Assembly: GCA_951406725.2 (NCBI GenBank)
Contig: OX597814.1
Coordinates: 197,842,001-197,906,000 of the forward strand
Source of the DNA: Octopus vulgaris
Lineage: Eukaryota
Length of the DNA: 64,000 nucleotides
Direction: 5' to 3'
This document shows, piece after piece, positions 57,435-64,000 of the stretch. The translations under genes and the position numbers were made by a program. The notes below the pieces were generated by a model, which did not search any database, was not told where the DNA came from, and saw nothing but the letters and a program-made list of their open reading frames with translations. Each line of letters begins with the position of its first letter. Position 1 is the stretch's first letter.

Positions 57435-57991
57435 TTACTGAATGAGAGAGCAGTGCATGCCACCGAAGTGACACTGGGGTGAAATATACGAAGCCCAGTA
57501 TATCCATCATGACTACCCGTCTGATAAGAGTAGGTCAGCCATATGCATCACAACCATATGTGCACGACATGGTGATCTCGTATCAAGATAAACAGCGTAC
57601 GACCTTGCATGTGGGGCCCAGTTAGAATTTTCTTCAGGTCGAGTAGCCTATCCCACTCAAAAATTCCCTGAAGAAGGGTTGTTTGAGGATGTTGAACGTT
57701 TCCAAAGGTGAATTATCCAATCCCAGAGAATTGCTCTTAATACATGGCTATGAAGCTTCCCCACTACTTCTGCTCGTAACCAGGGACGCAAATATCGTCA
57801 GCCACTAAGGGACATGCTCAACTGGTTATAGTCAAACAACTGACAAGCAAATCTGTGGTATTGAGCAGAATATTTGCTGTAGCCCATCTTTTATACAAAG
57901 ACAAAACAATGTACATGATAACACTTCCAATTAGTTAAGATCAGAAGCCACGAGAGCCACTGCCTGGCACTGCATCAGGGCGTTATTATTA

Positions 57992-58022
<31 letters not shown>

Positions 58023-58553
58023 TGAGTGAGAGAGTAGTGCATGCCATCAAAGTGACACTGGGGTAAAATATACGAAGCCCAGTATACCCATCATGATTAC
58101 CCGTCTGATAAGGGTACACTAGGCACATGCATCACAACCATATGGTGATCTCATATTAAGATAAACAGCGCATGACTTAGCAGGTGGGGCCCAGTTAGAA
58201 TTTTCTTCTGGTCGAGTAACCCATCCCGCTCAAAAGGTCCCTGAATAAGTGTTAAGGATGTTTAACAAAACACTCATGTTTCCATGGGTGAATTATTCAA
58301 ACCCCAAAGAATCCCTCTCAACACATGGTTATGATGCTCCCCAACTACTTCTGCTCGTGATCAGAGATGCACATATCGTCAGCCACTAAAGGACATGCTC
58401 AACTGGTTAAGGTCAAACAACTGACCAGCAAATCTGTGGTATTGAGCAGAATATTTGCTATAGCCATCTTTTATACCAAGACAAAACAATGTATATGACA
58501 ACACTTCCAATCAGTTAAGATCAGAAGCTATGAGAGCCACTGCCTGATACTGC
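57435..58553. mobile_element. two tandem copies of a repeat of about 540 bp embedded in (TTA)n
   Basis: 57435-57982 and 58020-58553 are collinear and diverged, separated by (ATT)n; no tRNA head, TIR or ORF seen. Confidence 0.8.
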
Positions 58554-58687
58554 TAGGAAATTGAATTAGCGGAATCGTTAGAGCAGCTCTTTACGTTCTG
58601 AGTTCAAATCCTGTTTTATTCAACTGTCTTTCATCCTTCCGAGGTCGATAAAAGTAAAGTACTGCTTACGTATTTTAGTAGGTAGGA

Positions 58688-58998
58688 GCACTCCGTCGAT
58701 TACGACGACGAGGGTCCCAGCTGATACGTTCAACGGAACAGCCTGCTCGTGAAAATAACGTGCAAGCCGCTGAGCACTCCACATACACATGTACCCTTAA
58801 CGTAGTTCTCAGGGAGATTCAGCGTAACACAGGCTGGTCCTTTGAAATACAGGCACTACTCATTTTTGCCAGCTGAGTGGACTGGAGCAACGTGGAATAA
58901 AGAGTCTTGCTCAAGGACACCACGCGTCCCCGGGAATTGAACTCACGACCTTGCGATCGTGAGCTGAATACACTAACCACTAAGCCACGTACCTTCAC
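58688..58998 (-). mobile_element. SINE type C nested in a degenerate type-B copy (about 58560-59070)
   Basis: B sequence stops near 58672 and resumes near 59002. Confidence 0.8.
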
Positions 58999-59199
58999 TA
59001 TTAGGGTCTATTTAAACGAGTAACGCTCCTCCCCCCCAACACTTCTGGTCTTGTACCAAAATTTGAAACATTACTACTACTATTACTACAACTAATATTA
59101 GTTTTAGTGCTAAACCCCCAATATCTTGGGGCCGTAGGATCTATAAATTTCGAAGTTATTATACACTAATCTGATTTGTAGTAACGTTATCTTGTGGCT

Positions 59200-59361
59200 T
59201 GATCACAACACGTCTCCTCAAATCTCAAGAATTTTCCTTAAGATTCTTGCAGAATATTTGATGGTACTTTTCTGCAGGTTGACAATGCGAGTTTCAATTC
59301 CAATTTCTTTCAGTCTCATACAAAGTAATTTGGGTGTTGTACCAAGTGCATCGATTACCAT
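59200..59361 (-). pseudogene. R4/Dong-like C-terminal fragment next to (TAA)n
   Basis: VIDALGTTPKLL..RLKEIGIE..IVNLQKSTI..SARILRKILE. Confidence 0.7.
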
Positions 59362-59390
59362 TATTATTATTATTATTATTACATAGTATC

Positions 59391-60480
59391 GTGAAGGCAT
59401 GTGGCTTAGTGGTGAGGGTCTACGGTTCATGATCGTAAGGTCATGGGTTCAATTCTCGGGGATGCGTTGTGTCCTTTAGCAACACACTTTATTTCACGTT
59501 GCTCCAGTCCACTCAGCTGGTAAAAATGAGTAGTTCTTGTATTTCAAAGGGCCAGCCTTGTCACACTCTGTGTCACGCTAAATCTCCCTGAGAACTAAGG
59601 CTGCGAGCTGGCAGACTCGTTAGCACGCCGGACAAAATGCTTAGCGGCATTTCATCTATCTTTACGCTCTGAGTTCAAATTCCGCCGAGGTCGACTTTGC
59701 CTTTCATCCTTTCGAGATCGATAAATTAACTGTCGAGTCCTGGGGTCGATGTAATCGACTTAACCCATCCCCCAAAATGTCAGGCCTTGTGCCTTTTGTA
59801 GAATGGATTATTATTACAAATATCATTATCAATATTATTAATATTATTATCAATATAAACTTCTTACAAATTGTTGTTTTCGTTATTATTAAGATTATCA
59901 TTATCATCATTATTATTATCGTCATTCTGGGTTCAAATGCCACCAAGGCCTACTTTACCTTTCATTCTTTCGGGGTCGCTAAAATAAATATCAGTCGAGT
60001 ACCGGGTTCGATGATGCCAAATTATTGCTTCTCATAAGATTACTAGCTCCGTGCCAAAATTTGAAACCATTATTATTATTAATATTTGGTTTAATATTAG
60101 GAGTGGCTGTGTGGTAAGTAGCTTGCTTACGAACCACATGGTTCCGGGTACAGTCCTACTGCGTGGCACCTTGGGCAAGTGTCTTCTACTATAGCCTCGG
60201 GTCGACCATAGCCTTGTGAATGGACTTGGTAGACGGAAACTGAAAAAAACCCGTCGTATATGTGTGTGTGTGTGTGTGTCCAACATCGCTTGACAACCGA
60301 TGCTGGTGTGTTTACGTCCCCGTAACTTAGCGGTTCGGCAAAAGACAACGATAGAATAAGTACTGGGCTTACAAAGAATAAGTCTTGTGGTCGATTTGCT
60401 CTACTAAAGGCGGTGCTCCAGCATGGCCACAGTCAAATAACTGAAACAAGTAAATGAGAGTAAAGAGAGTAAAAGAGAGT
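59391..60480 (+). mobile_element. SINE cluster: C (59391-59597), B (59599-59810), partial B (59920-60070), A (60099-60480)
   Basis: Each segment matches its family within the window. Confidence 0.85.
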
Positions 60481-61350
60481 TCGGTTTTATTCCTTGTAGG
60501 ATTTATGTGGGTAGCGGGTTACTACTACCTGTAACCTTAGGTGTCATTTTCAGTAGTCTTTCGAGTGCATAGAACCCTCCTGGTAATCCTTGCCGCCCCA
60601 AGGAGACAAACCTTCTGTAGGAGCTCTACAGAGCATTTTATTCCCCTCTCCTTCAGTCATCTCTCTCTATATAAACGGCAGTGTCTGTCTGTGTGTTTGT
60701 GTGTGTCAGGTTGTACCCTCACCCTGACCACGGCTTTCAACCGATTCTGATGAAACTTGACACACACATAGCCCAATGTCATAATTCAAAACTAACGCAG
60801 CGAAAATTTTGAAAAGTTCCCCCAGTTTTGAGAAAATCGATAAATTCGACATGGGGTCGAGAATCTCAGTTTTTTTATATGCAACACATTTTCTGTTGTA
60901 GTTTTCGCAACTTGCAATCGATTTTCACCAAACTCATGGTGAAGCTTAATGTTACCCTAAGAAACTTAATTCTGACGTAAGGCAATACCTTACCATCAGA
61001 AAAAAATCGATAAAATCATGCCATTTTGGGAAATCGCGTTTTCGCCCAAAGGGACAGCTAGGAACATCGTATACACAGAAGACATTGAAACCTACACATG
61101 CACCTTCGTTCCCTAGAAGGAAAGGACTAGATTGGGATTAGTCGTTGCCTACTAGGGGCTCTTACATACCCGGGCAACGCCGGGCTATGCTGCTAGTTAA
61201 TCTATATCTTTGCTTACTCTTCTCAACGTACCAACTATTATAGGCACGACCTTTACAGTTCTCATACCCCAAATTCATCCTATTTCAATTTTAAGGAATT
61301 GTATTTTTTTTTTCGTCCTTCTTTACAATCCTGGTATCAAACGAGCATGA
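60481..61350 (-). pseudogene. R4/Dong-like 3-prime fragment split by a Helitron
   Basis: 60481-60659 plus 61197-61350 form the reverse complement of about 13985-14295. Confidence 0.8.
60660..61196 (+). mobile_element. non-autonomous Helitron
   Basis: A|TC...CCCGGGCAACGCCGGG..CTAG|T, inserted between A and T with no target duplication. Confidence 0.9.
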
Positions 61351-62059
61351 TAGGTCGATTATATTATTGTTATCATCATTATTATTATGACTTATCATTA
61401 TTATTATTATTATTGTCACTACTTTTGTTGTTGCTGTCGTTATTATCGTTACTAATGCGGTTGTTTATAAGATAGAGAACTTAGTTCAAATGATTAATGG
61501 TTTGCTTTTCAAACAATTATCAATTTTCTATTTTTTCCCCCGGTTTTCTTATCATCATCATCATCATCAACATTGCATTAGAATTGTAGAGATTGAGACG
61601 ATGACGTGAAAATATATGGACAATATATTTACGTATATTGTCCATATTTATTTAATCAAGATGAGATAAACAGTATGAAAAATACGTTTGTTTTCTATTG
61701 CGGTATCTCATTTAAAAATCACAAAAGCAAAATATAAATATTATTTGTTATTTAATATCGGTTGTGATACTTTGATATGGCGTTTTTTTTTTTGTTTTTT
61801 AGTTTTATTTATATTCATAATTTTACTTTATCTTATCGGAAATTTTCTAAAATTTCATTAGTTTGAATTAGTTTGTCCGGTTTCATCGTTTTGATTGTTG
61901 TTTGTTATTGTTGTTGTTGCTGTTTAATTATTTTTCATTTCGTTTAATGAGAGAAATGAAAACAAGGATAGGAGGGATAAAGTCTGAGGTGTGTGTGTGT
62001 GTGTCTGCGTGAGCGTGTGCGAGATGTGTGTAGGAGTATATGTATTTATTTATGTCTAC

Positions 62060-62740
62060 ATATATGAATTCTATATATGACTATACATGTATATGTGTGT
62101 GTATATATATATATATACGACATATACATGTGTATATATACGACATATGTATATGCAACAAGTATACATATACATCATAATATGTATTATATATAAATAT
62201 CTTATATATAATCTAATATATGTATATATATGTGTGTGTGTGTGTGTGTATGTGTATGTACCGCATTGATAGTTCATCATATGAAATGTACGTATATGTG
62301 TATATGTATGTATATACATATATACACATATATACATACACAGGTATACATATATGTATACACATATATATATATATACATGTATACACATATTTATACA
62401 CATACATATATACACACATACATATATATACACACACATATATATATACACACACACATATATATACACACACATATATATACACATATATATACACACA
62501 CACATATATACATTCATATGTATATATATATATATACACACACACACATATATACACACACATATATACACATACACATACATATATACACATACACACA
62601 CATACACATATACTCACATACACATATACACATATACACATATACACACATACACATATACACACATACATACACATACATACATACATATACATACATA
62701 CATACATACATACATACATACATGCATACATACTTATACA
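62060..62740. repeat. (TA)/(CA)/(TACA) low-complexity tract
   Basis: Read directly. Confidence 0.95.
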
Positions 62741-63089
62741 CAAGCAAAACGCCCCCGTATAATGGACGTTACTGAGTTGTCAAACATTTAAACCAAATTT
62801 TCTCAAAACAACTTGTCCGACCGTCCCATAGGCCTCCCCTTTGAGAAACACTGATTTAACCTAAATTTGAGACACAAGCAAAAGAAGAAATAAAGATAGA
62901 CTTTTCTTCTATTCCAAAGAAAAACGATTTTATTCACACAAATATGCAACCGAAGAGTTTAAAGAACCAGTATTGATAAGGCTGTTGACTGGAAGAACGC
63001 AAACATGGTTTAAACAATAAGTTTGACAGGAAAGAAACGTGCCTTTAAGCAGTACAAAAACAACAAAAAATGGAAGGTGCAGTTATGTA

Positions 63090-63332
63090 CAGGTTGACGG
63101 TCTCGCGTGCGCGTAGTATCGATCGCAACAGCTGATGTACTTGCGCGTACAAATGCACGTTCCCACGGTTTTATCGATCGTATTCTCACCTGCAATCGAT
63201 TTTTGTAATTTTTTCAAGACTTTTACACGCCCTGATACCGTCGGTATCTACATATCAAATTTGAGCGCAGTCGGATGGAGGATGCCCGAGATCCTAGAAG
63301 ACACACAGACAGAACGGATTTTATATAATAGA
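63090..63332 (-). mobile_element. probable Helitron 5-prime portion, different family
   Basis: Minus strand begins A|TCTATTATATAAAATCCGTTCTGTCTGTGTGTC; no 3-prime end found. Confidence 0.5.
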
Positions 63333-63575
63333 TATATATATATGTATCTATGTATGTATATATCTGTACGTATGTATATATATATATACATATGATGTGT
63401 GTGCATATATATATATATATATATATACATATGATGTGTGTGTGTATATATATATATGTGGGAGGTATGTATATAGTCAATCCAAACATGAACAAGCAAG
63501 AAAAAACAACAACATGAGGATGTGGTACAAGTACTGTGTTATTGGACGCTCAGGAAAGGAAAGAAAAGAAAGAGG

Positions 63576-63610
63576 ATTTGACGTTTCGAGCGGAGCTCTT
63601 CATCAGAAAT
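63576..63610 (-). ncRNA. canonical minimal type I hammerhead ribozyme motif in a pLTR-like element (about 63470-64000)
   Basis: attt-CTGATGA-A-GAGC-tcc-GCTC-GAAAC-GTC-aaat: intact core, 4-bp stems I and II, palindromic ACGT at stem III. Confidence 0.8.
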
Positions 63611-64000
63611 ATAGAAAAAGTCCAAAGAAGGGAAGACGGAGAAAGAAAATCGCCAACGATACACACGCGGTTACATATTGAAATGACCGGAAGGAAATGG
63701 GTGAAGAAAAAGTTCTTTCAAAGACAGGAATGTGCAAAAATGTGTGTATGTGGGGGTATGTGCGTGCCCGCAGGTCTGTGTGTGTGAGTGTAATGATAGC
63801 ACGTGTGTGTGTGTGATTGTGGCTGTTTATGTATGTGTATGGTTGGTCTAAATAGCGTTTAAGGTCATAGGAAGATTTTATAGTAAGAGTTTTAGTAGGA
63901 GTGGCTCCTCTTGTGTGTCTACCTACACATGTGTGTAAGTGAATGGTCAGTAGAAAGGTACTGGTAGTTTGAAATATGTTTGTGTGCGTGTATGTATATG

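Noticed and set aside
61613-61646. 14-bp hairpin ATATGGACAATATA/TATATTGTCCATAT
   Set aside because: Too short and AT-rich for a pre-miRNA call.

Overview
Eukaryotic, AT-rich DNA dominated by microsatellites and SINEs; the repeat content points to an Octopus-like cephalopod (inference). Almost all ORFs in the track are translations of microsatellites. I can support one host gene on the + strand from two exons: a 146-nt internal exon (16270-16415) and a terminal exon (34512-35178). They join in phase across an 18-kb intron and give ...HKHQM-L-REIMALQAENYALEKQLYSYQQSIA, a probable coiled coil followed by a Q/H/P-rich tail. The rest is about 25 tRNA-derived SINE copies from four head types (my labels A-D), decayed LINEs (RTE, CR1-like, R4/Dong-like), a Penelope RT/GIY-YIG remnant, three Tc1/mariner relics and non-autonomous Helitrons. 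The most notable hidden signal is a set of short elements anchored in (TA)n that carry minimal type I hammerhead ribozyme motifs: one canonical, three with core variants, and two partial ones inside fold-backs. Also notable are SINE multimers with a fixed junction, SINE head/tail swapping, and an inverted templated insertion. Coordinates were read by eye, and repeat boundaries are approximate.
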